From the NCBI RefSeq assembly GCF_001949145.1, contig NW_019091360.1, forward strand, positions 2,415,599-2,479,598: a DNA stretch of 64,000 nucleotides, written 5' to 3'. The notes beneath the pieces are model-generated. The model was not told where the DNA came from. It ran no database searches and saw only the letters and a program-made list of their open reading frames with translations. Position numbers and translations under genes: made by a program. This DNA comes from Acanthaster planci (Eukaryota). Shown piece after piece: positions 1-13,587 of the stretch; positions within the stretch are counted from its first letter, which is position 1; every line of letters starts with the position of its first letter.

Positions 1-209
1 CGAAAACCTTGGATTCTTGCATTTTTCTTATTTTTGAAATAGAGGGTATCGTAACATTTTTCCCCAATGCAACTTCTTTACTGGAACATTGTTCGATTTA
101 ATTACTTTCATAGTTGCTCCTTTAAATTGGAGCAGTGCTATGGATGTTGTTCAAAGTTCCATTATACTTGCAGCGTTTGTTTAATGTGCAACTTATAGAA
201 GGATCACGG

Positions 210-1773
210 TGTTAGGCCTACATCAAAATTGTGTACCTGTGTGTCTTTTTATAAAATAAATCCGCGTGCGCACACCCCTTTGCACATTGAATCTTCCAAA
301 AGTTTTTGTCCAATCAACGGTTATCTTTTCCCGCGTACACTTCCTGTGTGTTCACCAGAAACCCCACCGGTCTTACGTAAGTTGTTTTGTCCTCAGATAT
401 GGTTGTACTTCGGAAAACACCCAGATATAATTTTATTGTCTAGTGCACTGCCGTATTTCCATAAGAAAACATGCCTTGTTGCAGACCCATTGTGTTGTTT
501 ATGGCTATGTGAGAGATTCGAGAGAGTAAGAGACAGTTGCTATTTTAGATTGCTTGAAGAAGTTGAAGTGGGAGGTCTGAGATATTGCGGCAGCAGAGAT
601 CAAGCACTGAACCTGAATCAAGCAGCGTTACCTTGGTCGTGTGTGATCAACTGAGAACGCGAGAGATTCAGCCCCAGTCCTTCTGACGGGAAATCAGTCC
701 CGATCGACAAGGGAGTTTCGGCAAATACAGGCCAAACTCTTCTACCGTTATCCGGATCGTCTTGGCCAGCAACAATCAGCCTGCAGCTCCCGAGCACAGA
801 TCTTGAGAAATAACCGGAAGTATTCAAATCTAAGGTTTATTTATAGATGATTTTGCTTAAAGATTGAGAGCTGATTGAGACTGATCCTGCGTAAAGCTGA
901 TTTTAAGGACTGATTGAAAGTACGAAGTCAGATCAATGTAATTTTGAGTAAACTGAGAAGACTCAATATTGATTTGTTGGTTTCAATCCGAGAAATCAAG
1001 ACGAGCACACTCCTGAAGATAATTATAATTATTTTAGAGTGAATGGTCTGATTAAGATGAGCCCAAAGATATGTGGCAAGATATCTAGCAAATTGTCTGA
1101 GACGCAGAATCCTGAACATAATTTTGAGAAGACTCAATGGGTTGTGCATGAATTGTTTCTTATGTATATAGATGGCTGTTTGGTGCAAGAAACGCCGAGA
1201 CCCTTGCCTATAGTCATTGGGCTCTAATCATGTCAACTTGAAGCCGTGCGTCTATACTGGGCAGACAAGAATCGAAGGTTACGTAGGAAATCACAGCTAC
1301 CTTACCTGGAACGTCGACTCACCTCCTTCGTGTAACCGGAGCCTTTTCAGAGCCACAAACACTTATGTAGCTTAATTGGGTGTTATTTTTATAACTTAAT
1401 TTATTTTATGACTCTGTATTGTTTCATGACAATTTGTTTCTGATAACTTTGTAGTTGTCATTTCCAAAATATCCCCACAAGAGTAATGTGAATTGGATAC
1501 GATGTGAATGGATTACTAAATTCAAGTTAAGGAGTAACGAGAGTGAAGAATTGAATTGTGCAGATAAGAATAATATAAAATATTGTGGGTTAGACATTCT
1601 CTGTACTTGTAAATATCGAATTGAAATTAAGAGTCAAGAAAGAAACTCACAAGTGTGGGACTCATTTTGTTTATGGAGTTTGATTTATAGTCTTGTCACT
1701 GGGATCTGGGGTTGCCATTCCAGGTACATATGTAGTCCGCTGTAACTTATAAGAAAATGATGGAGTGATAACA
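210..1773. mobile_element. Candidate solo LTR of an LTR retrotransposon
   Basis: Begins TGTTAG (210) and ends GATAACA (1773), giving TGTTA...TAACA inverted termini. Flanks are CACGG and CCCGG, a possible 5-bp TSD with one mismatch. No credible coding content. An alternative right end is TTAACA at 1810. Confidence 0.35.
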
Positions 1774-4700
1774 CCCGGCCCCTTCTTCTGGTACCTTTGA
1801 TTACTTAACACTGCATTTCTTGATAATTGTATATTCGCCTTACATGTTTCTTGAGCCACCGGTTAAAAACTCCTCGAAGGCCCACGGGATTTGGACGCGC
1901 TGCTGGGCCATGGCGGAGGAGGATGGTGTGCGTTGTGTCTTGAGGATGAAGTCTTGGTGTGTACAAGTTCTATCTGTTACATGTGTGCGAAAAAAAGGTT
2001 TTATCACTATACACTGTGTACCATTGTACCATTACTTTGCAAGTTTTTCGCTGATCTAAGTCTTGTAAGTACCATATTATATTTCTCCTTTCCCATGCCT
2101 ATCCCAATTGGTACCCAATTGGGATGGAGGCGGGCAAGTTTCCTCGGGAGACATGTTGCCCTTGATTTGATTTTTTGTTTTTGTAGGAATTTATGAAGCA
2201 TCAGCATTTTAGAAACGGTACTACCACCTTTCTGAGGAGAGTTTTGTATGGTTGAAAAAGTCAGGTAGTCGTTTTCAGAAAAAAATCTTAATTGAACCCC
2301 CCCTCCGACCTGGTTACGCCACCGATATCAACTTAAGGCATTTTATCATACGTTGAAATCGTACGTGCCATCTTTCTCCTCGATGCTTTTACAGACAATC
2401 ACTCCCGGTTGCTTTTTTTTGTTTTTGTTTTTGTTTTACATGATAAAAGGCAATATCTTAAATAAAACCTTAGTGTGCCTACTGAGTCGACGTTATAATG
2501 ACGTCATCAGGTTTCAAATTACAAGCAATTAAACTTTAATATTGAAATTTAGGCCTAATATTTGAAAATCGGTATGATACATACGTCATATCTTGGCTTT
2601 TTACGACAACTTATAAAGTAAATTCTCTTCTAGAGCTCCGTAGCTGCCGTGTTGGTCTAAAATCCAACACTAAATATCCAACGTTCCAAAAAATCATAAC
2701 TTCAGTATTCTCTTTTATTACAATCATACTTAGGCCTATCCTTACAGTACTGTTGAAGAATCTTGCGCTCAATTACGTAGCGTATGTTCATCGTAAGTAC
2801 GGTTTCTCCTAGTTGTAGATTATATTGGGCATGTTCTGCTCTAGTTATTTTTTTATGAAGCAAAAAAGCTGTTATTAAATTTGAGGTATGGGGGGTCGTT
2901 GATACTGCATGTAAATTCTCCCCATTTCATTGTGTTGGCCGTTACCAAATTATTGCTGATAAAACCCACAACTTGCGGTGTGCTTCCTTTTGGTCGCCGT
3001 CCCAATTTTAAATTGTATCCTTGCCGACTGTGGCAGTTTTTAGTCCTCCATGTAATATCTATTTTGGTAATCTTATAGGCCTACAGCCTGACGGAGTTTT
3101 GCGTTGCCATGTGGTCTGTGTGACAAGTAAACTTGAGGACTAATCGAAAGATATTTCTCTTCTGTCCGTCGGTTTGGCCGAAATTTGCCACAACAGCGCT
3201 ATGCATAACGTATGACATGTTTGGGTTTCAACGTTTGACGACATGTGCAGTCGCAAAAAGTTAAATGTTCAAAGTTAAAAACATTTCACACTCGCTTTGC
3301 TCCCGTATTCGTTTGGAGTATAAACTGAACCTCAGCCCGTTTGTCGGCTGCTTTTTATCTGTGAAATTTAACGCCGTTTGCAGAAATTGTCCGGGAAAAC
3401 CAGTACCACTGTGTTTCAAAATCCATTTCTCACCTCAAAAAATATGAACATCATAGTGACTATACATGAATTTCCTTACAATATAGTCTTTAAAATTCCG
3501 AGTTTGTACTCAACTACACTATTAACCCTCTTTCCCATTAGGCCTAGTAGCCACTTTTGTAGTTATCATACGTGGTATTGTCATGTACCATCAATCTCCA
3601 TTTCATTAATGTGCAGAAAACGCCCCCGTCACCAGGCACAAAATGAGAGGAGGCGGCAGAGCTTTTGAACCATAGAGCAAGATGATTGAACGACGATGCA
3701 GAGCTGTGCATGAAGAGGATTGTGACATGAGTGTCTCCATCGTTGGAACCAAAATGGCTGATTATGCGCCAATGCACACGGACAATTGTCACACAATAGC
3801 TGCATGCTGTACTGCAGTGCACACATAATAAAACCACTTTGGTTCCGTAGTCTTAAGTTGGCATTAGCGCTGGAACTTCATACGCTGGCGCGCTACCGTG
3901 GGTTTTCGCGATTAATGTTCATGGTAAATCACTGGCCAGATTGCGCTGGTGCATTTTTCGTTAAAAAACAAGCTTTATCGGTTGGAATTTGTTGTGATCC
4001 CCTGGAAGATGAGATATTTGGGGAATCATAATGTCAATGAAGCCGGTGATCAAGGATAATCACGAATAATGTATGCGCCCAGACTGAATTTCCGAGAGTG
4101 CTCTGAACTCTGTATTGTTATTAGTTACTAAATTTCCACTCAAACCTGACGCGGTGCTATGGAACGTTTAATCGATTAAACAAGAGGATATTAGATGTTG
4201 TGTTGAATATTCATATAAGTGTACATAAATTATGTGTAATTTGTAAGGAAACCTGAGTAGGCCTACCAGAGAGACTTGTTTCAAGGTGTGTCAACAACAT
4301 GGCATGCATGCAAGTGGGCTGTGTTGCCTTTTTATACAGCGCAGCGATTATTAGACGCGCTTCTTGTGATACTGCAACGGCTGAACATACCCGGGACTGT
4401 GCAAAGCATTTCACGGCGTCTTCCTGCGACGAGGCTTCAGAAGGAGTCCATCCGAGCATTTCAATTGGCTGTTTTGCCCAGATAAGAGATTTGCCCTTGT
4501 TGTGGAGAGACGACTGTCTCTAAATGAGTTGCGCTGGGCGGCCACTTGCCACAGTAAATCAGGTTCAGTTCGCCGGAGATGAACCTGAAAGTGTTTTCAA
4601 TTAAAAACAATTCAGAATTTCGTGGAACTGCCATATCAATGTTGCTGTCATCCATCTAAAGTTGATTCTTCATGCAATACTCGCGGGCGCGGCACAGAGA

Positions 4701-4863
4701 AGATCAACTACACTTCAATATCGTGGGACGTCGAGTAATATCGTGTCTGAATCTGTTGTATTTAAACTGGGGAGAAACGTCTTGCCAAAGATTTGAAAGG
4801 CCGCATTAATGTGTGGCAACTTACCGTGCTTGAAAAAGAAAACTGAAAGATCTTTAGAAATTG

Positions 4864-5820
4864 ATGAGTCCAAAAATGGATGGTAACGTGTCATTGGGGT
4901 TTATCTGTGAAAAGACGTACCATCATGATGAACTCACTGTACCGCGGACTGTACTCACAGCACTGGTAGCACTGCTAATCATTGGCGGGAACTCGCTGTG
5001 CCTTGTTTGCCTGCGCAAAACAGATGCATTTTCTGGCACCACCAAAGTTTTCATGACTTCCTTGACATTGGCCGATCTGTCAATGGGCGTTGTAATCTGC
5101 ACGCCATCGGCCATCTCGGCCGCTGCGTCCAGATGGCTGCTGGGGCACGCCACCTGTTTGATAACTGCCCACCTCAACTTTTCCCTGGTGACCATTTCCG
5201 TGTTGTCGCTCCTCATGGTCAGCGTGGATCGTTACATCGCCGTCACCAGGCCACTTCGCTACACAACTTGGGTGACCACCTGTCGTGCCACGACTCTCGT
5301 TGTTGCCGTGTGGCTGTCGACCCTCATCATCAGCCTCATCATCTTAATCCAGTGTGGCTTGCAAGTGTGCTATGACGCCATGTTGAACATCTGCATCCCT
5401 ATAAAAGAGAGAGCCATAAACTTACATACACTGGCTAGCTTCATTGTTGTCACCCTGGTGTCATATTTGTCATGTCTGGCGATCTATGTTCGACTGTATC
5501 TGATAGCACGAGATCATGCAAATCGCATCCAGTGTGTAAGCGATAACGTCAACCCTGCTGACAGACAAGTTAGACATCCTCGCTCCAAAGCAACAGCTAC
5601 TTTCGCCATGGTGGCCGTAGCCTTCGGACTGGCCTACGTCCCGATGATAGCCATCGCAGTGCATTTCCTTGTCGTCGGTATTGGATGCTCGCTGGCTATA
5701 TGTGGTCTGGCATCGGTATTTACTCTTTCCAATAGCTGGTGGAATGTAGTCATATATTCCATCAGGATGGCCTCTTTCAGACAAACTTTGAAAGGCCTGT
5801 TTCGGCGTCACTCTCCATAG
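4864..5820 (+). CDS. Intronless rhodopsin-like (class A) GPCR, orphan, aminergic-receptor-like fold
   Basis: Single 318-aa ORF from ATG 4864 with seven hydrophobic segments. Motifs: TM1 GN, TM2 SLTLADL, TM3 C...SVDRY, TM4 W, TM6 AYVP, TM7 SNSWWNVVIY (NPxxY variant), helix-8 FRQ. Confidence 0.92.
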   Translation: MSPKMDGNVSLGFICEKTYHHDELTVPRTVLTALVALLIIGGNSLCLVCLRKTDAFSGTTKVFMTSLTLADLSMGVVICTPSAISAAASRWLLGHATCLITAHLNFSLVTISVLSLLMVSVDRYIAVTRPLRYTTWVTTCRATTLVVAVWLSTLIISLIILIQCGLQVCYDAMLNICIPIKERAINLHTLASFIVVTLVSYLSCLAIYVRLYLIARDHANRIQCVSDNVNPADRQVRHPRSKATATFAMVAVAFGLAYVPMIAIAVHFLVVGIGCSLAICGLASVFTLSNSWWNVVIYSIRMASFRQTLKGLFRRHSP

Positions 5821-8497
5821 ATATAGAGCAAGGCCTGCGACGGTTGCGCGGCCGATCACACCTCGTGTATACCACTGTCATAAAAAAGGATTATTAATTG
5901 TATTAATCTAATTGTACTCTTATGCTGTAACTTTGTGTGGACTTTATCCCTAGACCAGCTTGCTCATTTTTTTCACTGTATTAAGTAATAAAGGTATTTG
6001 CGATGCAGCCAATGAGTCTATATCCAATTTTTACACCTTTACTTTTGAGATCATTCAGTCTTTGGACGTATAGGCAGCAAGTATCTTTGCAGTGTATCGT
6101 ATGCTCAGAAGAACTTATGTATCTCGTATATGTAAATAAATTTAAGGCTGTAGTCTGCGCTCTGACTGAAGACAATATGTCAACTTTAATGGATATGTAG
6201 TTAATGTGCGCAATTATTGTATTAAGTAAGATATTTCGCAATTTATAGAAAGTGCTCAAGAACCCTTCGGCTCCGTCCATTAATTCCCCAGCGCAAAGGC
6301 CCTTTTCCGGGTTGAAAATTGTACGTTGCCCCATAATTTTAGCCTGCAAAACAGAAGGCTGGCATTTGGAAATGGGTGGGGGTTTTCTTGTCGACTTCCT
6401 TTCCTTGAAATTTTTCATTTCAATTAAGCACATCCTTTTAATTGATTTAGATGATCCCGTTACATCTTCGTCCATATTCTGAATTACTGTAGGGAATGAA
6501 CTCTGAGCCAAAGGCTGGCGACACACCTGATGACTGCACGATTTTAATTCGTTTTAAAAGCGGGCCTCGCTGACGTTTTGTTGGAGACTTGAAAGCCTAA
6601 TTGATTGACGATAATAAAAAATTGCATGGCCTTGATAAAAAGGAGATTCAACCATAACGAAGATGGAGATAGAAGTTAATGTTCAAACTGACAAAAAAAC
6701 ATGTTTCCCTGGATTTTGTCATAATTTTGCAGGGAGCAATTTAACGACACCTTTCCCAATGTAATAATTGAGGGTCATGCTCATCTCTCATTCAAGCAAT
6801 TAACAGTTGCACTTTACAGTGCTTCAGGAAGACAAGGTCTATTTGATTTACCATTCCTACAAACCCAGCAAATTAACAACAGACAGGCATCTGAATGTTT
6901 CAATCAAGTGTCATTACGTTTTTATTGATCCTGGGCTGTCAAACCTTGTGTGAAAGCCTACCTGCTAAAGTAACATGAAAGATTTATCAAACACAACTTA
7001 ACATGTGATTTGTTTGATAAAATTTTACATTTGAATGTACCATGGGATCAAACGGTGTTTTGAGGTTAAAAAAATCTGGATTTCCTTTGATTAGCCTTCC
7101 GTAAGCGGCACACCTATAGATATTCGCTAAAAATTCTGTTTCAATATTCACAAAATCAGTGACATCTACAAAAACAGTGAACGCATCCACAGCCACTGAA
7201 GATACATATGCAGTTTTCCCCCAAAGGATTGGTTTTATGGGTCTACTGACAAAAGATCTGTTTAACCCTATCACCAGAGCACGCAAAAAGGTATTTTTAT
7301 GAGTACCTCTCCGGGTAAAAAATTACGCAGCCTTGCAAAGGATCTAGAATGGATGATATACGCAGGTACGTTGCTTCAGTAAACTAATATCGAAATGTAG
7401 CTTCTGCCCGTGTATGCTAAATGCTACCAAGTAAGCCATTTTGCAACCCAACAATATTGATACAGTCCCATGGCCCCCTTTCATGGCCCCCATTCCTGGC
7501 CCCTCAAACTACTTTTTACACTTGTGGTTTTAATAGGACTGCCACTGTCATGGTAATGACTACCATAACCGTTACCATTTTACGGATGCAAGAAGGGAAA
7601 GACCTTTGCCCCAATAACAGTGGTCAGGTTTCTTGAGAGAGAAATGCACGTATTATTAATCTTTTGAAGTTTCAAGCATTACAATGCTTGCCTAGTAACT
7701 CCAGCAGGGTCCACAAAGGATTGACTGCAGGAAGGACACCGATGCACGGACACGCTTGAGATATGACAAACGAAAACTGCGGCAGACAGTGAACACTCGC
7801 AATGTACTTAATTAGTTCTGTACACAAATTTGAGTCTTCCCCGCCGTCCCAAAGGCTTTCCGTTCTGTTTAATGATTAATCCTTCAAAGATGATTCCGAA
7901 TCTAGATCTGAGCTGTTTGTCTGCCGTATGATTGAGACCAATTTACTTAGATGGGGAGGGGAGGGGCAGTTTTCTGTTGCTTTCATTTAAGCTTCAACCA
8001 ACTGATGCTCTGCAACTTGTCCAACACATTTTTCAAACTTCTATCGGGTTGGTTGTGTCGGTTTAATACAAATGTACATTAAATAATTAGGCCTTCTCAG
8101 ATGCACTAGGGGTAGGCCTTCACGGAGTTGAGGGGGAAATCACACTTCGGTTTTATCTCAATACATGTGCATGTAATACTACTGAACCTACTGACTACTG
8201 ATGAGTGTGCAAGAATGCCATATTATCACTTTTCTAAAATCAGATGCAACCTGCAAAAAATGTGTCTTCTTAAAGACTGATTTCGATTATTTTTGGCAGC
8301 CTTTCACAACAATGTAGTAAATTAAACTTATGACATTTATATGTTGATTCTTTTAACCATGTAACAGGAATACATGCAAACGAATCGCTTAAATCTCTCA
8401 AAAATAATGACAGAAAAAATCTGGTTGCATTCATTTTCCAAAAGAAGGCTTAACTCCGGCATGCTACACTATCAAGTGAAAATGTGGAATGCGGATG

Positions 8498-11400
8498 CTA
8501 CATGGTGGGAAGACTTAGCAGAGTCTGTTGTCCCGGAGGGAGGTAGTTGATGTTCCTGGACCGTGACATCTGGTAGGCGACATCTTCAGCGGCTTCCAGC
8601 TTGCGGAGCTCAATCAGGGCATCTCCGGCCTTGGTGAAGGCTGTCGCCAGCAGGCTAGCAGCCTGGGAATCCCCCTCCGCCGTGATGACAGCGGCCTGCT
8701 TCTGCTGCTCGGCCTGGGAGTAGCAAATGAATACGAAAACAGTGATTATTGCAGTGGTCATTAAACTCTGTCTTTACAAAAGGAACCTTTGACCACCACA
8801 ACACTATGTCCCTGCTGCTTGTAAAAGACACAAGAGGAAAAGAAAAAACTGGCATGAGGAATATTCAAGCACCAAGCGTCAACTTCATGAGTCCATTAAT
8901 GTGGACAAGCTAAGGACAGGAAATAATACATCGTCTTTTCTTGTCATGTTCATATTAAAGGCCTGCGAAAGATTGTTTGAGGTGAAGATCAAACGAAGAG
9001 AGAAAAAGAAACATATTGCAGGGATTTACAAAAAATGTACCCATGAATGAAGCGTGAACTTATGATCAGTTCCACATTACAGAGTAATGAGCAATAGACA
9101 TTTGAATGGAAAGCCAACAGATTTATCATTGACAAAAAGATAACTGACGGAGTAAGAACCTACTTTCTCCACTAAAAATCTGGCTCGCTCTGCATCTTGT
9201 TGTGCCACTTGCTTCATCTCCACAGCTTCCGTAAACTCCCGGCCAAATGTCAGGTGGGTCTAAAAGGTATCAAAATAGCAAGTCAAACAGACGGCTCAAT
9301 GGAAGTACTTAAGTGATATATAAAGATTAGCAGAATCGGAAGACACAAGATAGTCCTGATGTTGGCTCAAGTTACACTCTATAGAGGATGACCAAACAAT
9401 AAGTTTAAAACATATCAATCCCTCATTTTGTCAGCTGGTTTTTTTTTTCAAGATGTATTTTTGCGTTGGGAGATGTTAATTTATATAACGGGTTTTGCCC
9501 TTACCCAATGTATTTATTGACAAACACTGTATGCTCAGTGCTTGTCCGAGAGCTTGCGAAAAAAGTCACAAGCTGACTCGGGTGGGACACGAACCATGAC
9601 CTCCTGCTTACTAGTGCAGACGTCTTAACCACTCGACTCCTGAGCTTGCCAGGGTCGGCTGGCGGGTTCGAGTCAGGTGAAGCAGCGGGTACCGCAAACT
9701 TTTTTCAAGTTATTTTTTTTACCACTAAATAGAAAACATAAAAACTAAAAATTTGAGCCGGTGACAATGAGTGTGCAGACATGACCAGTTCCCACCAACT
9801 TACAAGAGAGATATCATCCAGGATGAGACCGAATTGGGCACCTCTCTCCGTCAGCTCAGCATTCACTCGCTGGGACACTAACTCTCTCTGTGTGATCAAC
9901 TCACTGGCGTCAAACTGGGCCTGTAAAAGATCACCAATAGATTCCTCACATGTATTTACAATAAGGAACCTTTGTCAAGTCTTTGTGCACCAATTCTGCA
10001 GTGTGAAACTGATGGATGGAGAGCCATTCCAAATGATCACGATATTTGGACCTGCATGAAATCCAGGTTATCTCAGTGTATTCTGAACTGATCAGCAGCC
10101 ACAGTAGCCATGACGAAGCAAGGTGTTTGGTGGTTTAATCCAAGTGATCAATCGCCTGGTCTGCCCTGAGCCCGGTAAGGCTAGATCAGCTATGGACATC
10201 TAGGCAAAGCTGTGGATCAAATGGTGAAAATCAAATGCACCAAACGGCACTGGGTACCTTTCTCACTTTTGTCACCTTTCTCACAGGCTACCAACAAGAA
10301 CTGGTAAAGCAGGCAGTAACACGGTAAATACATGTAATATAGTCACCATTTTTTGGTAAGATTAACACAGCCCCATAGCTGAATAGTTTTTTAATCACCA
10401 GTCTGAAGCAAACTCCTTGAAATTGCTGGAAATAGGTTAAATTGCAATTGGAAAGAGTTCCCTATATGGGCACCGCTTGACAGCCTGTGCACAAACCCTA
10501 TGAGACAGGTGTGAAAAATTTGAAGTGTTTTCTAGGTACAAGACTTGGTATTTTCCCTCCTAAATTGAACTTTTCTGGACTTGTTTTTGCTTTTTGATGG
10601 CTGATAAATCGCTGTAGGTAACAACTACTGGCATCCGTATATGGAACTCTTCGGAGGGTGAACATCTCCCTTACCACAATAGCTTTTAGGACTTCATTGG
10701 TAATGGAAGGCAGCACTCGCTCGTCATAATCTTCACCCAGGTTGACATACATCTTGGGAAGATTGGATACCTCTGGCCGGAACAGGATACGCAGGGTGAT
10801 GTTCACATTCTGAAGATCTGATGATAAATAAATAACCAACTTGAGAATTCTGCATGCGTTGATAAGCAAGTTGAAAGTGGAGGTGGGCAAAATTTGCAAC
10901 TGTGACTTGTCTTCAACTGGAAAAACTAAATGGAATTGTTGACAGGAAATTTTTGGCAGTTTTTAGAAAAAAGAGTGAAAGAAAATGAAGGAGTGTCCTA
11001 AAGTTAACAAATGTCGAACAACATCATGGAAAACACAATAATTATATCGAATTTGGTGCAAAGTTCAGACTTATGATGCACAATAAATGTTATCAAAATA
11101 GTGTACAAAATTTACCTTTGCTTCCAGTGATGGTTGGAATATTGCGAGGACGTGATCGACAGTCATAAATGATGGGTCTCTGAACCCATGGGATTAGGAA
11201 GTGTGTGCCTTCTCCCATCACATAGTCCTTGACCCCAGAAAATCTGTCAAAAATCACTGCCCGGTGACCAGCCTCAACTGTAAGTGAAAAATGACCAGCA
11301 TAAGAATATGAAGAGTCAGTCATGAATATGCTTAGGCCAAAGGCCTGCATACATGTAACAGTATAACACAGGCCCAGCAGAGTACAATTACACTTAGGCC

Positions 11401-11723
11401 TACAGAAGGGCCACTGGGTTTGGACTTTGATTTTTTTTTATTACCATCTCCATTCATTTTGTGTTACTTTGTCTCTTTCAACATCGTACACTTGATTTAG
11501 ACTTTTTTCACCTTCTTCCCGGAGTCACTCCGAGTAGCCAGTGATTCTAATATGCCAGTGGGCCTAGGCCAACTGATGTTGACCATCCACATAAGGGGGG
11601 GGGGGAGTCAGAAATGTACATACCATTGTAAAGAGCTGTGTTTACAACGCCACCAACCACTGCAAGCCCAATGCCAAGTTTGCCAAGCTGGGAAAAAAGT
11701 TTGTTTAAGCCCGTTTGTGCCAT
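8498..11723 (-). CDS. PHB1: Prohibitin-1 (SPFH/band-7 mitochondrial inner membrane protein), 277 aa, 6 coding exons
   Basis: Exons (minus strand): 11723-11624, 11277-11116, 10817-10675, 9920-9804, 9259-9164, 8713-8498. All GT-AG, phases consistent, 834 nt total. Peptides [98 protein letters not shown] and [22 protein letters not shown] match PHB1. Confidence 0.96.
9450..9715 (-). mobile_element. tRNA-derived SINE-like repeat, family copy 1, in PHB1 intron 4
   Basis: Minus strand reads GTCGAGTGGTTAAGACGTCTGCACTAGTAAGCAGGAGGTCATGGTTCGTGTCCCACCCGAG (A-box and B-box-like). The same sequence recurs at ~18720-18807 plus 19286-19385 and at ~21600-21775. Confidence 0.65.
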
Positions 11724-11759
11724 CGTCAGACGACTTTTCACCTGCTAATTTAGGCTCGC

Positions 11760-12720
11760 CTTCTTTCCCTTCGATCGAGTAAGAAACGTGTTCCGACTAA
11801 CGTGATGTAACGTGCTGGAGAGACACTCGAGAAAATTTTACAAACAAACTTTCTCTTGGTCAGTAATTGATACTGACTATGAATGCATTTACAAATATTA
11901 TTGATGGCTGTATTCTTTCAGACTAAGCTTTCAAACATGCAAAAATCAGGATTTTTATCGTTCACAGCGCAAACGAGATCGCTACGGCATGAGCATAAAT
12001 GCAACGCTTGAGCTAGCACGAGCGAACAAACATCACTGCGCAAGCGCATACCTTTCAGCAACAACTACAAAATTGCATCATATTCTACAAATAATTTCAA
12101 ATTTAGTTCCCCTTTTGGGGAATGAAAAACAAATTAACCCCACTTAATTATTATTTGAAAAATCTCTCTGAAGGTCATATAAATAAAAATATATTATTGC
12201 ACAATATTACTAATACACATTGCACGTTTTACATTCGTAAAATAGAATGGATGGAATACCAGGCGATAAACCCCAGACAGAACGCTTTGTCATCCGACGT
12301 TACATTAGTTTGGAGTTCTTGACCTCCTCTTAGCTCATGATATGACCTTTAACCTTACAACTGCCTGATGCAAGCGTGGTGTTTTCCTACGTCGTGATGC
12401 ATATATGCCTCGTGTTTTCACTGAAATAATGTGCACGTGCGGTTGAAATCAAACGACTTGAAATCGCGGCTGGCCCGAAAGTGGAGGAATAAGAGGAGTG
12501 TCCTGCAAGTGCAATTCCGAAATTTTATTGCAGTAGCCAGGTCGTGCTTTTTAAAGAAGTCCTTTATGAACAACGGTAGTGTCAAGGTGAGGCCTCAACC
12601 ATTGCATTGTCAACCAACCAAATCAACCGCCAGTCAGCGTCAGTGGAGGTGCGTGTGCACATCGCAACTTGAACTTCCCTGAATTCGCTGGAGTCCCCCG
12701 CTGCATACACACTGTAGGTA
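11760..12720. promoter_or_regulatory. Probable bidirectional promoter region between PHB1 (-) and La/SSB (+)
   Basis: Divergent gene arrangement. CpG-enriched patches at ~11750-12060 and ~12290-12730. A possible non-coding La exon 1 ends at donor AG|GTACC (12717/12718). TSS not determined. Confidence 0.45.
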
Positions 12721-13587
12721 CCCGGGCCTATATTACAAAATTTTGAGATCTTGTAATTAAGGCCTGAAAATATTTTAATCATGTAGGCTTAGAGCATTCA
12801 GAATAATTTAATTTGATACTAAAAATCGCTTCATACTAGGTTATAATGTAACATGTAAGTCAGGCCTGTGGAAATTTTTGTTCTCGAAAAAATGGCTCTT
12901 TGATTTCTGTGTTTGTATGACATGTTAAGCAAAGAAAGAGACGGCACTTCCTTGTACATTGTACAGCCTACAGGAAGACATGGCGCAGCACTGCACTTGC
13001 ATGACATGAGCCGTCATTTACTTTGGGCATGGCAAATCAAATATTGATTTTCGGAGCTATAAAACTATGCCTCAGATGCAGATTCATTCAATTATCATGA
13101 AACTTCACCAATTTGTAGTCAGAACAATATAAACTTAACATGCTTAAACATACATTTGCCTTTATTCTCTAATAAACATATGGATCCTTGCTTAAGTTTG
13201 CAGTGTGTTTGGTATGAGGACTATTTTTAAACATCACCACCACCCGAGCCTGAGGATGGAATTAAAAAATTCAAAAAGAGGTGTAGAAGGGATCCCCATT
13301 ATGTTATCCATCATCATCTGCATTTTAGCCAATCAGAAACAGAACATTGCCCATTTTGCGCAGGGGCATCTGCGACACAGCTACAATCAGCCAGCAGTGC
13401 GCACGGGAGAAAGTAGCGGCTGCGAATCCCATTTATTGCAACATACCTTCACACTGCCTAGCTTGTTAGCCTACTGCCAGTGTAACGTTAAACTGTAACA
13501 CTCGTCAACGGGCACACATGAACAGGCTAGAACTGAGATTTAAATGGGATTGATGTTATTCCAGTTAGTACAGTAGTAGTCAGGTTG

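Noticed and set aside
2484..2512. Hammerhead-like CTGATGA...CGTC on the minus strand
   Set aside because: No stem II and no GAAA. More simply a TGACGTCA palindrome.
229..4655. Short ORFs left of the GPCR
   Set aside because: Most start at non-ATG codons, none has protein motifs, and several overlap the candidate LTR.
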